This document shows positions 17,205 through 26,843 of a stretch of 64,000 bases of DNA, one piece after another (the stretch's first letter is position 1; each line of letters begins with the position of its first letter). The notes beneath the pieces are model-generated. The model worked only from the letters and a program-made list of their open reading frames with translations, was not told where the DNA came from and searched no databases. The stretch comes from Deltaproteobacteria bacterium (GTDB taxonomy: Bacteria > SAR324 > NAC60-12), in contig JAYOTF010000003.1 of assembly GCA_038150265.1 (NCBI GenBank), positions 1-64,000 of the forward strand, read 5' to 3'. Made by a program: the position numbers and the translations under genes.

Positions 17205-19318
17205 AACGGCAGCAACGCATCCTCCTCCTCTGGTTTGGCAGCGTCCTGCTCCTCATCGCCTTTGCGGCAGTGCCCTTCCTCTACCTTCAGGCGCAGCTCA
17301 CTCCCGAGCAGCACCGCCTCATCTTCGAGTGGCTGGGCGATTCCCGCTACCTGCTGGCGGTTCCGGTGGTGGGACTGCTGGCGCTGGTCATCTTCGGGTC
17401 CCGCTGGCTCCTGGAGCAACTCTGGAGCCCACTGGGGCAACTGAGCGAATCGCTCCAAACCGCGCTGGAAAATCCTTCCGGCCCGCCCATTCACGTCACG
17501 GGCGCTCCTGCTCTGGTGACGCTGGGGACGCTGCTGAACCGTCAGGTTGAACGGACCGCTCACCTGCAGGCCCAGGTCGAGGCTCAAATTGCCGAAGCCA
17601 AGGAAACGCTTGAGCGCGAGAAGAACGTGCTGGCAGCGCTCGTGGAAGAGCTCCGGGAAGGCGTGGTCGTTTGCAACAAGGAGGGGCTCGTCCTGCTCTA
17701 CAACCGGGCCGCCCGGCGCCTCCTCAGCGAAGAGGCAACCACGCCACTTGGACTCGGACGCTCCATCAAGGAGGTCATGCAGACCCCGCTGCTCGACTAC
17801 ACCCTGAGCGAGTTGCAGGACCGGCAGAGTTCCGGAAGCGCCAACCTCACCCAGCCCTTTTCCTTCTGGCAGGGCGCCCGGATGCTCCGGGTGCAGACCC
17901 TCGGCATCCTCGACCCCAACCGAGAGCTGAGCGGCTTCGTCTTTGTCTGTGAAGACCTCTCTCCCCGTCCGGAATCACACCCCTTCAGCGTCTTTGAGCA
18001 GCAACAGAAGGAAAAACGCCGGACCAGCATTGCCAACGTCCGGGCCTCTGTTGAGATGATCCTCGACTATCCGGACATTCCTCCAGAGAAACAGCGCGTG
18101 TTTCTCGAGGCCATTCACAGCAACGCCGTTCAGCTTTCAGAGCTGCTGGAGGTCACCCCGTCGCAGTCGGCAGAACAACTCCGGCAGCACTGCCCGCTGG
18201 AGCCCGTTCCGGCTCAGGAATGGCTGTCGGGCTTTCTGCGAGGCCACAAGGGCGCTCCCGAGCTGGTGCCCCACACCGAAGGCTCCCTGGCTGATTGTGG
18301 GCTTCGGGTAAACGCCTACCTCTTCAACCGGATGCTGGAGTTTTTCTTTGGGCAGCTGCAGCGGGTGCTCGAGGTTGCCACCCTCCGCTACGACCTCCAG
18401 CAGCAGGGGCGCTTTGTGCTCCTTGACTTCAACTGGCAGGGCAAGGAGCTCCCGGCCAACGCGCTCCGGCAGCTGCTGGAAGAGCGGGTGGAGAGCAGCG
18501 ACGGCACCCCCCTGACGATCTCGGAAATCCTTCAGCGGCATGATGCCGAGGTCTGGTTTCAGGGAGGCGCTGACAGCTCGGAACACGGCCTGCGCTTCTT
18601 CCTCCCTGCCGAGTTCCAGCTGGCGCCCCGTGATCAGGCGCACCTTTCCCTGGAAAGCCGCCCCGTCTTTTACGACTTTGACCTCTTCAACAAGACCTCC
18701 CTGCCTCCGGAACTCAAGGACGTCCCCCTCCGGGAACTCCGCTACACTGTCTTTGATACGGAAACCACCGGGCTCAACCCAAGCGCCGGGGACGAGATCA
18801 TCTCCATTGGCGCCTACCGCATTGTCAACGGGAAGCTCCTGGAAAACGAAACCTTCCAGCAGCTCATTGACCCTCAGCGTGCCATCTCCGACGCCTCCAT
18901 TGCCGTCCATGGCATCACACCGGAACAGGTGGCCGGGCAACCGCTGATCACCGAGGTCCTCCCCCGCTTCCAGCGCTTTACCGAGGGTTCCGTCCTGGTG
19001 GCCCACAATGCCGCCTTCGACCTGCGCTTCCTCGAGCTGAAGGAGCGCGCCAGCAAGGTGCGGTTTACGCAACCGGTGCTGGACACCCTGCTGCTCTCTG
19101 CGGTCGCTCAGCCCAAGCAGAACCTTCACAGCCTGGATGAGATTGCCCAGCGCTTTGGCATCAGGGTCGAAGACCGACACTCCGCCATGGGCGACGCCTG
19201 GGTGACGGCCCAGGTCTTCCTCCGTTTGGTTCCCCTGCTTGAGGAAAAAGGCATCCAGACCCTGGAGCAGGCGCAAAATGCGGCCAAAGAGACCTACTAC
19301 GCCAAGCTGAAGTACTGA
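17201..19318 (+). CDS. Membrane-anchored PAS / degenerate histidine-kinase / DEDDh 3'-5' exonuclease (DnaQ-like) fusion
   Basis: Two N-terminal TM helices, coiled coil, PAS-like EGVVVCNKEGLVLLYNRAA, His-less DHp-like segment, then ExoI VFDTETTG, ExoII AHNAAFD, ExoIII HSAMGDA. ATGA overlap with the receiver gene. Confidence 0.85.
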   Translation: MKRQQRILLLWFGSVLLLIAFAAVPFLYLQAQLTPEQHRLIFEWLGDSRYLLAVPVVGLLALVIFGSRWLLEQLWSPLGQLSESLQTALENPSGPPIHVTGAPALVTLGTLLNRQVERTAHLQAQVEAQIAEAKETLEREKNVLAALVEELREGVVVCNKEGLVLLYNRAARRLLSEEATTPLGLGRSIKEVMQTPLLDYTLSELQDRQSSGSANLTQPFSFWQGARMLRVQTLGILDPNRELSGFVFVCEDLSPRPESHPFSVFEQQQKEKRRTSIANVRASVEMILDYPDIPPEKQRVFLEAIHSNAVQLSELLEVTPSQSAEQLRQHCPLEPVPAQEWLSGFLRGHKGAPELVPHTEGSLADCGLRVNAYLFNRMLEFFFGQLQRVLEVATLRYDLQQQGRFVLLDFNWQGKELPANALRQLLEERVESSDGTPLTISEILQRHDAEVWFQGGADSSEHGLRFFLPAEFQLAPRDQAHLSLESRPVFYDFDLFNKTSLPPELKDVPLRELRYTVFDTETTGLNPSAGDEIISIGAYRIVNGKLLENETFQQLIDPQRAISDASIAVHGITPEQVAGQPLITEVLPRFQRFTEGSVLVAHNAAFDLRFLELKERASKVRFTQPVLDTLLLSAVAQPKQNLHSLDEIAQRFGIRVEDRHSAMGDAWVTAQVFLRLVPLLEEKGIQTLEQAQNAAKETYYAKLKY

Positions 19319-19432
19319 TGTTTTGCAATTTGTGGCGTAATCTGACAGTTTGATTGGTTTACTAGAAGCGGACCCATCGCTTCTGATCGATCCGGTTTCG
19401 GACCTCTGCCCTCTTTGCTGGGACGCCATCCC

Positions 19433-20875
19433 ATGCCACTGCAGCTACACAATTCCCTCACCGACCAGCTGGAACCCTTCCAGCCGCTTCAGCCTGGACG
19501 GGCCACCCTCTATGTCTGCGGTCCCACCGTTTACAGCGACAGTCACCTCGGCCACGCCAAGACCTACGTCAGCTTCGACGTCATGCTCCGCTGGCTCCGG
19601 ACCCTTGGGCTCAAGACCTTCTACGTCCAGAACATCACCGATGTCGGGCACCTGCTGGGAGACACCGACGATGGAGACGACAAGCTCCTCAAGCGGGCTC
19701 GGGAGCTGGACCAGGAACCCATGGCGGTGGCCGAGACCTACACCCGGGAGCACTTTGCGGCCATGGACCAACTCGGCGTGATTCGGCCCGACATTTCTCC
19801 TCGCGCCACGGGGCACATTCCGGAACAACTGGAAGCCATTGCAGAATTAATTGAGCGCGGTTTTGCCTATGAGGCCAACGGGTCCGTCTACTTCAGTGTG
19901 AGTCAGGACCCGCAGTACGGCGAGCTTTCGAACCGGACCCTTGAGGAGCTGCAGGAAAGCGGGCGCGTCGAGTCTCGCAGCGAAAAGCGCGACCCCCGAG
20001 ACTTTGCCCTCTGGAAGCGCGCGGAGCCTGGACACCTGATGCGCTGGCGTGATCCGTACAGTGGCTGGGGCTACCCCGGTTGGCACACCGAGTGTGTGGT
20101 CATGAGCACCCGCTACCTGGGGGACGCCTTTGACATTCACGGCGGAGGCATGGACCTCAAGTTCCCGCACCACGAGTGCGAAATTGCACAGGCCCGGAAC
20201 CTCGGCAAGCCCTTTGCAAACTACTGGTTACACAGCAACATGCTCACCATCGACGGACAGAAGATGAGCAAGTCTGCTGGGAACTTTGTCACCATCCGGG
20301 ACGCCTTTGCGGAATACGACCCGCTGGTGGTGCGGTACTTTGTGGCAGCCAGCCACTACCGGTCGGTGGTCGACTACAGTGCCGCGGCGCTTCAAGGCGC
20401 GCGTCAGGCCCTGCGACGCCTGCACCAGACCGTCCGGGCGCTCCGGGCGCTCCTGCCTCCGACTCCGGAGGGGGCTCCAGCCGGGCGCTTCTTTGAGAAA
20501 CAGCGTCAGGCCTTTGAGTCGGCCATGAATGACGACTTCAGCACCCCACAGGCCCTCGCGGCCCTCTTTGACCTGAGCCATGAAGCCAATCGGCTGCTCA
20601 GCAACGCGGAGCCCGATCCGGAAGCCGTCCAGGAAGCCGAACAGCTCTTCCGGACGCTCGGAGGCGACGTGCTGGGGCTCATTCCCGAAGACCTGGGGGC
20701 CGCTGATGCTTCCGGACAGCTCGACGGTGTCATGGACCTGGTCATCGACCTCCGGACCCAATTCCGAGCGGAAAAGGATTACGCTCGCTCCGACCTCATC
20801 CGAGATCGCTTGAAGGATGCGGGAATTTTACTCAAAGACTCCAAGGAAGGAACCACCTGGGAGCCCGAACCCTAA
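19433..20875 (+). CDS. cysS: Cysteine--tRNA ligase
   Basis: [12 protein letters not shown] (HIGH), [35 protein letters not shown]. Confidence 0.96.
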   Translation: MPLQLHNSLTDQLEPFQPLQPGRATLYVCGPTVYSDSHLGHAKTYVSFDVMLRWLRTLGLKTFYVQNITDVGHLLGDTDDGDDKLLKRARELDQEPMAVAETYTREHFAAMDQLGVIRPDISPRATGHIPEQLEAIAELIERGFAYEANGSVYFSVSQDPQYGELSNRTLEELQESGRVESRSEKRDPRDFALWKRAEPGHLMRWRDPYSGWGYPGWHTECVVMSTRYLGDAFDIHGGGMDLKFPHHECEIAQARNLGKPFANYWLHSNMLTIDGQKMSKSAGNFVTIRDAFAEYDPLVVRYFVAASHYRSVVDYSAAALQGARQALRRLHQTVRALRALLPPTPEGAPAGRFFEKQRQAFESAMNDDFSTPQALAALFDLSHEANRLLSNAEPDPEAVQEAEQLFRTLGGDVLGLIPEDLGAADASGQLDGVMDLVIDLRTQFRAEKDYARSDLIRDRLKDAGILLKDSKEGTTWEPEP

Positions 20876-20892
20876 CCTCAGCGGGAAACTCG

Positions 20893-22683
20893 ATGCCCGA
20901 AGAATCGGAACTTTCCAACAAGGTCCTCCTCCGTCGCCTGGGCAAGCTGATCTGGCCCTACAAGGGCTGGATCCTCTTCAGCCTCATCTGCATGGTCGGC
21001 TTCAACCTCTTCACTGCGGCGCCGGCCTACTACGCCAAAGACATCGTTGACACCATCACCTACGGAGACGACCCGGGGCTGCAGCAGTACTTCCTGGTCG
21101 GGCTGGGGCTGATCATCGTCTTCACCCTCAAGGGCCTCTGCTTCTTTGGCAACAACTACAGCGTCGGCTTCATCGTTCAGCGCATGGTGGCCGAGCTGCG
21201 CCAGAGCCTCTTTGGGCACCTCATCAACCTCTCCTTCTCGTTCTTTTCCAAGTCCAAGACGGGCGACCTCATTTCCCGGTTCACCAACGACCTGCATGTG
21301 CTGCAGAGCACCCTCCAGATTGGCGTCAATGGGCCCTTCCGGGACATCCCTCAGTTCTTCCTGCTGCTCGGCATCATGATTTACCGCAGCTGGGACCTGG
21401 CCCTGGTCACCTTCACGATCATTCCGGTGGCCCTCTTCTTCATCCGGATGTTTGGCCGCAGCAACAAGAAGGCGGTCAGCAAGCGGCAGATCAGCTTCGG
21501 CGGCCTCAGCAGCTTGCTGGTCGAGACCATCTCCGGCATCCGGGTGGTCAAGGCTTTTGGCTTGGAATCTTTTGAAAACGACCGGTTCCGCAAGGCCAAC
21601 GAGCGCCTCTACCGCAACCACATGCGCTCCATCCTCATCGACTCCTACTCCACCCCGGTCATTGAGGTCATCGGCGCTGCTGCTGGAGCCACGATCGTCA
21701 TTTACGGGGGCTACCTGATCATTCAGGGCTCAATCACCCCGGGCGATTTCACGTCGTTCATCCTGAGCTTCTTCATGCTCAACGACCCGGTCAAGAAGCT
21801 CAACGGGTTCAACCTCAAGCTGCAGGAAGGCCTCGTTGCCCTGCGGCGCATCTTTGTCGTTCTCGATGAAGCGCCCGACATCGTCTCACCGCCCAATGCC
21901 GTCAAGCTCGACGGCTTGAACCAGAGCATCGACATCGACATCCGGACCTTCAACTATCCGGGGAAGCTGGAACCCGCGCTGCAGGACATCAAGCTCCGAC
22001 TGCCCAAGGGGCAGGCACTGGCGCTCGTTGGCAGCAGCGGCTCCGGAAAGACCACCCTCGCCAACCTCATCCCGCGTTTCTTTGACATTGATGAGGGGCG
22101 CATCAGCATTGACGGGCACGACCTCCGGGAGCTGGACCTCCACACGCTGCGCCGGAACATTGCCATCGTCACGCAGGACACGGTGCTGTTCAATGACAGC
22201 ATTGCCAATAACATCGCCTATGGCGACCCCGGCTGCTCCACCGAACGCATGATTGCGGCAGCCAGGGCAGCAAACGCCCATGAGTTCATCATGCAGCAGC
22301 CACAGGGCTACGACACCATGATCGGAGAAAAAGGCGTCCGCCTCTCCGGAGGTCAACGCCAGCGCCTCGCCATCGCCCGCGCATTGGTCAAGGATGCCCC
22401 GATCCTCATTTTGGACGAAGCCACCTCGGCGCTCGATTCCGAGTCCGAGATCGAGGTGCAGCAGGCCATTGAGTACCTCATGTCAAACCGCACGACCCTG
22501 GTCATTGCCCACCGCCTTTCGACCATCCGGAACGCCCACCGCATCTGTGTCCTCGAAGGAGGGCGGATGGTGGAATATGGGGCCCACAGCGAGCTGCTGC
22601 AACGCAAGGGACGCTACTACCAGCTCCACGCCATGCAGTTCCGGGATCTCCCCCAAACGCTCCCTCACGCTGCCGCTTCGTAA
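20893..22683 (+). CDS. ABC exporter, fused TMD-NBD (MsbA-like lipid A flippase)
   Basis: Six-TM domain; GSSGSGKT, LSGGQRQR, ILILDEATS, IAHRLST. Confidence 0.85.
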   Translation: MPEESELSNKVLLRRLGKLIWPYKGWILFSLICMVGFNLFTAAPAYYAKDIVDTITYGDDPGLQQYFLVGLGLIIVFTLKGLCFFGNNYSVGFIVQRMVAELRQSLFGHLINLSFSFFSKSKTGDLISRFTNDLHVLQSTLQIGVNGPFRDIPQFFLLLGIMIYRSWDLALVTFTIIPVALFFIRMFGRSNKKAVSKRQISFGGLSSLLVETISGIRVVKAFGLESFENDRFRKANERLYRNHMRSILIDSYSTPVIEVIGAAAGATIVIYGGYLIIQGSITPGDFTSFILSFFMLNDPVKKLNGFNLKLQEGLVALRRIFVVLDEAPDIVSPPNAVKLDGLNQSIDIDIRTFNYPGKLEPALQDIKLRLPKGQALALVGSSGSGKTTLANLIPRFFDIDEGRISIDGHDLRELDLHTLRRNIAIVTQDTVLFNDSIANNIAYGDPGCSTERMIAAARAANAHEFIMQQPQGYDTMIGEKGVRLSGGQRQRLAIARALVKDAPILILDEATSALDSESEIEVQQAIEYLMSNRTTLVIAHRLSTIRNAHRICVLEGGRMVEYGAHSELLQRKGRYYQLHAMQFRDLPQTLPHAAAS

Positions 22684-22842
22684 CAAAGCTTCTCAAGGAG
22701 TCGGCACTCAACGGCTCCTTCCCCATTTTCCTCCGCGTTTTCGGAAACGACTCGTTGCAAAATACCGTTGGCGCTTCGTCCTTTTCCTCCCTAAACTATT
22801 GATCCGAACCGGATTACCCTCAACCTTCTCATTGAGACTGTC

Positions 22843-24348
22843 ATGAATTATCGTTCATTCTGTCTGCTTCTCTCCTTCCTCCTGCTGCTGCCGCTGGTGA
22901 CGTTTGCCCAAACCAGCAGCGAGTTGGAACAGCTCATTCGGGAGTCCAAGACCCGGGCCAAGCTGGTCCAACGCGTCCAGCAAGCCGTCGTCCACATCAA
23001 GGTCGAAAAGATCCTCCGCGATGCCCAGGGTCAGCCACTCAACAACCCTTTCGATCTTTACAACGACGAGTTCCTTGACCGGTTCTTTCCCGGCATCCGC
23101 CCTCCTCGAGATCGCCAGCAGCGCAACCAGCCTCAGCGCCAGCAGCCCCGGGACTTCCGGCAAGAGGGCATGGGGTCCGGCTCGATCATCAACCAGGACG
23201 GCTACATCCTCACCAACCACCACGTTGTTGGTGAAGCCGATGTCATCATGGTGAAGCTCTACGACGGCCGGGAATTTGAGGCCAAGCTGGTGGGAACGGA
23301 TCCGGAATCCGACATTGCCGTGGTCAAGATTGATGCGCCCGACCTCCCCGTCCTGCCCACCGGAAACTCCGATGAGGTGGAAGTGGGAGAATCGGTTATT
23401 GCCGTGGGGAACCCGTTTGGCCTGACCCAGACCGTGACCTACGGAATCGTCAGCGCCAAGGGCCGCTCCAACGTGGGCATCACCGAGTATGAAAACTTCA
23501 TCCAGACCGATGCGGCCATCAACCCCGGAAACAGCGGCGGTCCCCTGATCAGCCTGCGTGGAGAAATCATCGGCGTCAACACCGCCATCTACACCCGTAA
23601 CGGGGGCTACCAGGGCATCGGCTTTGCCGTCCCCATCAACATGGCCCGGGGCATCATGAACGACCTCATCAGCGATGGTCGGGTGGCCCGGGGCTGGCTC
23701 GGGGTGGGCATTCAGGACCTCAACAGCGACCTGGCCCAGGCCTTCAACCTGAACAACACCAAGGGCTCCCTCGTCACTGGCGTCATGGAAGGCACCCCGG
23801 CAGAACGAGCCGGCCTGAAGAAAGGCGACGTGGTTGTTGAGCTGAACGGACGAACCGTGCAGGACAGCAACTACTTCCGGAACGAGATTGCCAATGCACG
23901 CGCCAATGCCACCGTCTCGCTCAAGATCCTCCGCAACAACGATGGCGGTACCCCGCGCGAGCTGACCTTCGATGTCCTGCTCGATGAGCGTCCCAAGGAA
24001 CTGTCGGCCGCTCGGCGAGAACTCCTCCAACAGCAGCAACCGCAAGAGCCTGACACCGAATCCGTGATGGGGTTCACCACTCAGGAACTCAATGCGGACC
24101 TCGCCCAGGAGTTTCAACTGGACGACACCACAGGTCTGGTGGTCACCGAAGTCGAGCCTCGCTCTCCTGCTGAAGACGCGGGTTTGCGTCCGGGCATGAT
24201 CCTCCTTGAAGTCAACCGGCAGCGGGTCAATGACCTGGCCGCCCTCCGGAACCTCTTGAATGCGACCGACTTGAAACAGGAAGGGCTCCTGCTCTATGTT
24301 TCCGGAGCCGGAGGCGAGCGGTACATTGCCGTCCGCGAGGGTCGTTGA
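22843..24348 (+). CDS. Periplasmic serine protease DegP/DegQ (HtrA) with two PDZ domains
   Basis: Signal peptide; TNHHV (His), ESDIA (Asp), TDAAINPGNSGG (Ser); RGWLGV PDZ1 and a second PDZ. Confidence 0.94.
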   Translation: MNYRSFCLLLSFLLLLPLVTFAQTSSELEQLIRESKTRAKLVQRVQQAVVHIKVEKILRDAQGQPLNNPFDLYNDEFLDRFFPGIRPPRDRQQRNQPQRQQPRDFRQEGMGSGSIINQDGYILTNHHVVGEADVIMVKLYDGREFEAKLVGTDPESDIAVVKIDAPDLPVLPTGNSDEVEVGESVIAVGNPFGLTQTVTYGIVSAKGRSNVGITEYENFIQTDAAINPGNSGGPLISLRGEIIGVNTAIYTRNGGYQGIGFAVPINMARGIMNDLISDGRVARGWLGVGIQDLNSDLAQAFNLNNTKGSLVTGVMEGTPAERAGLKKGDVVVELNGRTVQDSNYFRNEIANARANATVSLKILRNNDGGTPRELTFDVLLDERPKELSAARRELLQQQQPQEPDTESVMGFTTQELNADLAQEFQLDDTTGLVVTEVEPRSPAEDAGLRPGMILLEVNRQRVNDLAALRNLLNATDLKQEGLLLYVSGAGGERYIAVREGR

Positions 24349-24542
24349 GCGACGCGGTCCCGCCGAAAAAGCTGCACCTTGATCAGCTGATCCGGGACAT
24401 GGCCGCCCGTTTTGACGCGCACGGCCCTCAGGACTTTCTGCCGTTGCTGGAGCAGATGGCAGCTGACTACGGCACCAGCTCCGAGTACCTCCTCAGCCGA
24501 GGCTTCCGCAAGGCCTATCGGCAGCTCATTGAAGGCGTGTGA
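24345..24542 (+). CDS. Small hypothetical protein (65 aa)
   Basis: TTG start overlaps the degP TGA; its stop overlaps the next ATG; fills the operon gap exactly. Confidence 0.55.
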   Translation: MSDAVPPKKLHLDQLIRDMAARFDAHGPQDFLPLLEQMAADYGTSSEYLLSRGFRKAYRQLIEGV

Positions 24543-24871
24543 TGCTGAACGGACTCCTCCTCCTGGTTGGTCTGCCCTCGCTGGTGCTGGCATTCTGGAC
24601 GCTTTACGGGCTGGCGACTCGGGGTCGCCGTCCGGAGGCACCGCCCCGCAAGGGGAGGCTGCTGGGGGTGGCGGCTGACTACGCCCACGTCGTCGGCATG
24701 CCCGTCTGGCTGGTCCGGAGCTTCCTCGTGTTTTACGGATTGATGGGGGTCGGGTTCATCTTTTACGGGCTCTACTACCTCGTGATGCGCACCCGTCCGG
24801 CTCCGATCCTGGAGCCTCCGGAGGCGTCCCCTCCTCCAACCATTACCAAAATCGAAAGTCACTACCGCTAG
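24542..24871 (+). CDS. PspC-domain membrane protein with an extra N-terminal TM helix
   Basis: RKGRLLGVAADYAHVVGMPVWLVR followed by a TM segment ending YGLYYLVM resembles the PspC domain pattern. Confidence 0.6.
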   Translation: MLNGLLLLVGLPSLVLAFWTLYGLATRGRRPEAPPRKGRLLGVAADYAHVVGMPVWLVRSFLVFYGLMGVGFIFYGLYYLVMRTRPAPILEPPEASPPPTITKIESHYR

Positions 24872-25633
24872 ATGCCCCTCTCCGGCAAGACGGTACTGGT
24901 CACCCGCAACGAGTCCCCAGACGGGAAACTCACCCAGCTGCTGCTCCAGCATCAGGCCACCGTCCGGAACCTCCCCACCATTGAGCTGCTGGCCCCTGCA
25001 TCCTGGGACGCCTTTGATGCGGTCGCGGCCCGCCTTCCGGAAGTCGACTGGATCTGCTTCACCAGTCCGGCAGCCGTTTCCTGGACCCTCACCCGGCTTC
25101 GGGAATTGGGACGTCCGCTGCCTGAAACCGTTTCCATCGCGGCGGTGGGTTCAGAGACCGGGCAGGAACTCGAAGCTGCAGGAAGTCCCCCAGCCCTGGT
25201 TCCGGAACACTACCAGGGTCACTCCCTTGCCGAGGCCTTGCGCCTGCGTGCCCCTGCTTCTGCGACCTGCTGGCTTCCTCAGTCGGAAATCGCCCTTCCG
25301 CGCCTTCGTGACGCGCTCACCGACCAGGGCTTCACCGTGTGGAGCACCCCCGCTTACGCGAACCACCGGCGCCCTCCGGATGCCACTGAGCTGGAGCAGC
25401 TGGTCGCCTCCGGACTCGACTGGGTGACCTTTGCGAGCCCGTCTGCCGCTCAGGCCTTCTTTGCCTCCGGTTACTTTGCCCGCCAGCCGGTTCCCCTCTT
25501 GCGTTATGCCTGCATAGGTGAGACAACGGCACAGGCCCTTCGGGACCAGGGGATCACGCCTCAGGCCGTTGGTGATCCGCAAACCCTTGCCGGGATGGTT
25601 GCGGCCATCGTACACGCGGAGCAGAGCCGCTGA
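24872..25633 (+). CDS. hemD: Uroporphyrinogen-III synthase
   Basis: PLSGKTVLVTR, LPTIE, WICFTSPAAV, AAVGSETG, VTFASPSA, ACIGETTA. Confidence 0.88.
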   Translation: MPLSGKTVLVTRNESPDGKLTQLLLQHQATVRNLPTIELLAPASWDAFDAVAARLPEVDWICFTSPAAVSWTLTRLRELGRPLPETVSIAAVGSETGQELEAAGSPPALVPEHYQGHSLAEALRLRAPASATCWLPQSEIALPRLRDALTDQGFTVWSTPAYANHRRPPDATELEQLVASGLDWVTFASPSAAQAFFASGYFARQPVPLLRYACIGETTAQALRDQGITPQAVGDPQTLAGMVAAIVHAEQSR

Positions 25634-25664
25634 GTTCTGCTGCATCTTTTCATCTTCTTGCTCC

Positions 25665-26843
25665 ATGCCTCAACACGTCATCAGCTTTCACGGTGAGCAG
25701 CTTGCTCCCGTGCTCACCCCCCTGCTCCAGGTTTTGGGAGCACATGAGGCCCGCCTCCTCGACCTCCGGCACCTCCGCCTCTCCGGAAACCTGTCGCTGA
25801 TGGCCGTGGTCGAGTATGCCACGGCTCAGGAGTCCAAGCTGCTGGAAGCCGTTCAGCAGTTGGCTGCCGAACTTGGCGTGCAGGCGCACCTCAACTCCCC
25901 TCACCCAACGGCTCCGCCGGCTTACCGCTACATCCTCACCATGCTCGGGGCCAACCTGGAGCCCCACGTGCTGCACCCCATCAGCCGCTACCTCAACGAA
26001 CGCGGCCTGCATGTGATGGGCGTCGCCCCCCTTGAAGCAGAGGGCTTGCAGGTCTACGAGTTCCGGCTTGCCTCCGAATTTCCGATTGAGCGGGAGCCCT
26101 TCATGATTGAGCTGCTGGACCTCCGGCTCACCTCTCAGACCGATTTTGCTCTGCAGGTGGATGATGCCTTCCGGCGGCACAAGCGCCTGATCGTCTTTGA
26201 CGCGGACATGACCTTCATTCAGTGCGAAGTCATTGACGAACTGGGCCGCCTGGCCGGGGCCGAGGAAGCGATTCAAGCCATCACCCACCAGGCGATGGAA
26301 GGGACCCTCGACTTTCAGCAGGCCCTCCGGGAGCGCGTTCGCTTGCTCAAGGGACTGCCGGTGGAAGAGCTGCACCAGCTGGCGCAGCGGCTGCCCTACA
26401 CGCCAGGGGTCCAGCGGTTGGTCCACATCCTCAAAACGCTGGGGTACCAGGTCGCTCTCATCAGCGGCGGCTTCGACCTCATCATTCAGCACATTGTCGA
26501 CCAGTTTCAGCTCGATTACGGCTTTGCGAACCAACTGGAGGTTCAAAACGGACGCCTCACCGGCGAGGTCCAGGGGGCAATCGTCGATGGAGCCCGCAAG
26601 GCGGCGCTCATTGAGACGATCCGGAAGCAAGAGGGGCTGCAGCCGGAACAGGTCATTGCCGTAGGAGACGGAGCCAACGACCTGCAGATGCTCACTCAGG
26701 CAGGACTCGGCATTGCGTTCAACGCCAAGCGCTTCCTCCGGGAACGCGTTTCCAGCAGCCTCACGCAACCCAACCTTGACGCCATTCTCTACTTCCTCGG
26801 CTTTTCCCGACACGAACTGGAGGCCCTGCAAAAAGATGTCTGA
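25665..26843 (+). CDS. serB: Phosphoserine phosphatase with N-terminal ACT-like domains
   Basis: HAD motif I FDADMT, EVIDELG, ISGGF, GDGAND, GLGIAFNAK. Confidence 0.9.
   Translation: MPQHVISFHGEQLAPVLTPLLQVLGAHEARLLDLRHLRLSGNLSLMAVVEYATAQESKLLEAVQQLAAELGVQAHLNSPHPTAPPAYRYILTMLGANLEPHVLHPISRYLNERGLHVMGVAPLEAEGLQVYEFRLASEFPIEREPFMIELLDLRLTSQTDFALQVDDAFRRHKRLIVFDADMTFIQCEVIDELGRLAGAEEAIQAITHQAMEGTLDFQQALRERVRLLKGLPVEELHQLAQRLPYTPGVQRLVHILKTLGYQVALISGGFDLIIQHIVDQFQLDYGFANQLEVQNGRLTGEVQGAIVDGARKAALIETIRKQEGLQPEQVIAVGDGANDLQMLTQAGLGIAFNAKRFLRERVSSSLTQPNLDAILYFLGFSRHELEALQKDV

Noticed and set aside
17201..19318. Annotation as DNA polymerase III epsilon (dnaQ)
   Set aside because: Membrane anchor, PAS and pseudokinase regions and the operon context argue against a replisome subunit, although the DEDDh domain is homologous.
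23100..23165. Gln/Arg-rich low-complexity stretch in degP (RDRQQRNQPQRQQPRD)
   Set aside because: Corresponds to the variable, disordered loop of HtrA proteases; not a DNA repeat element.
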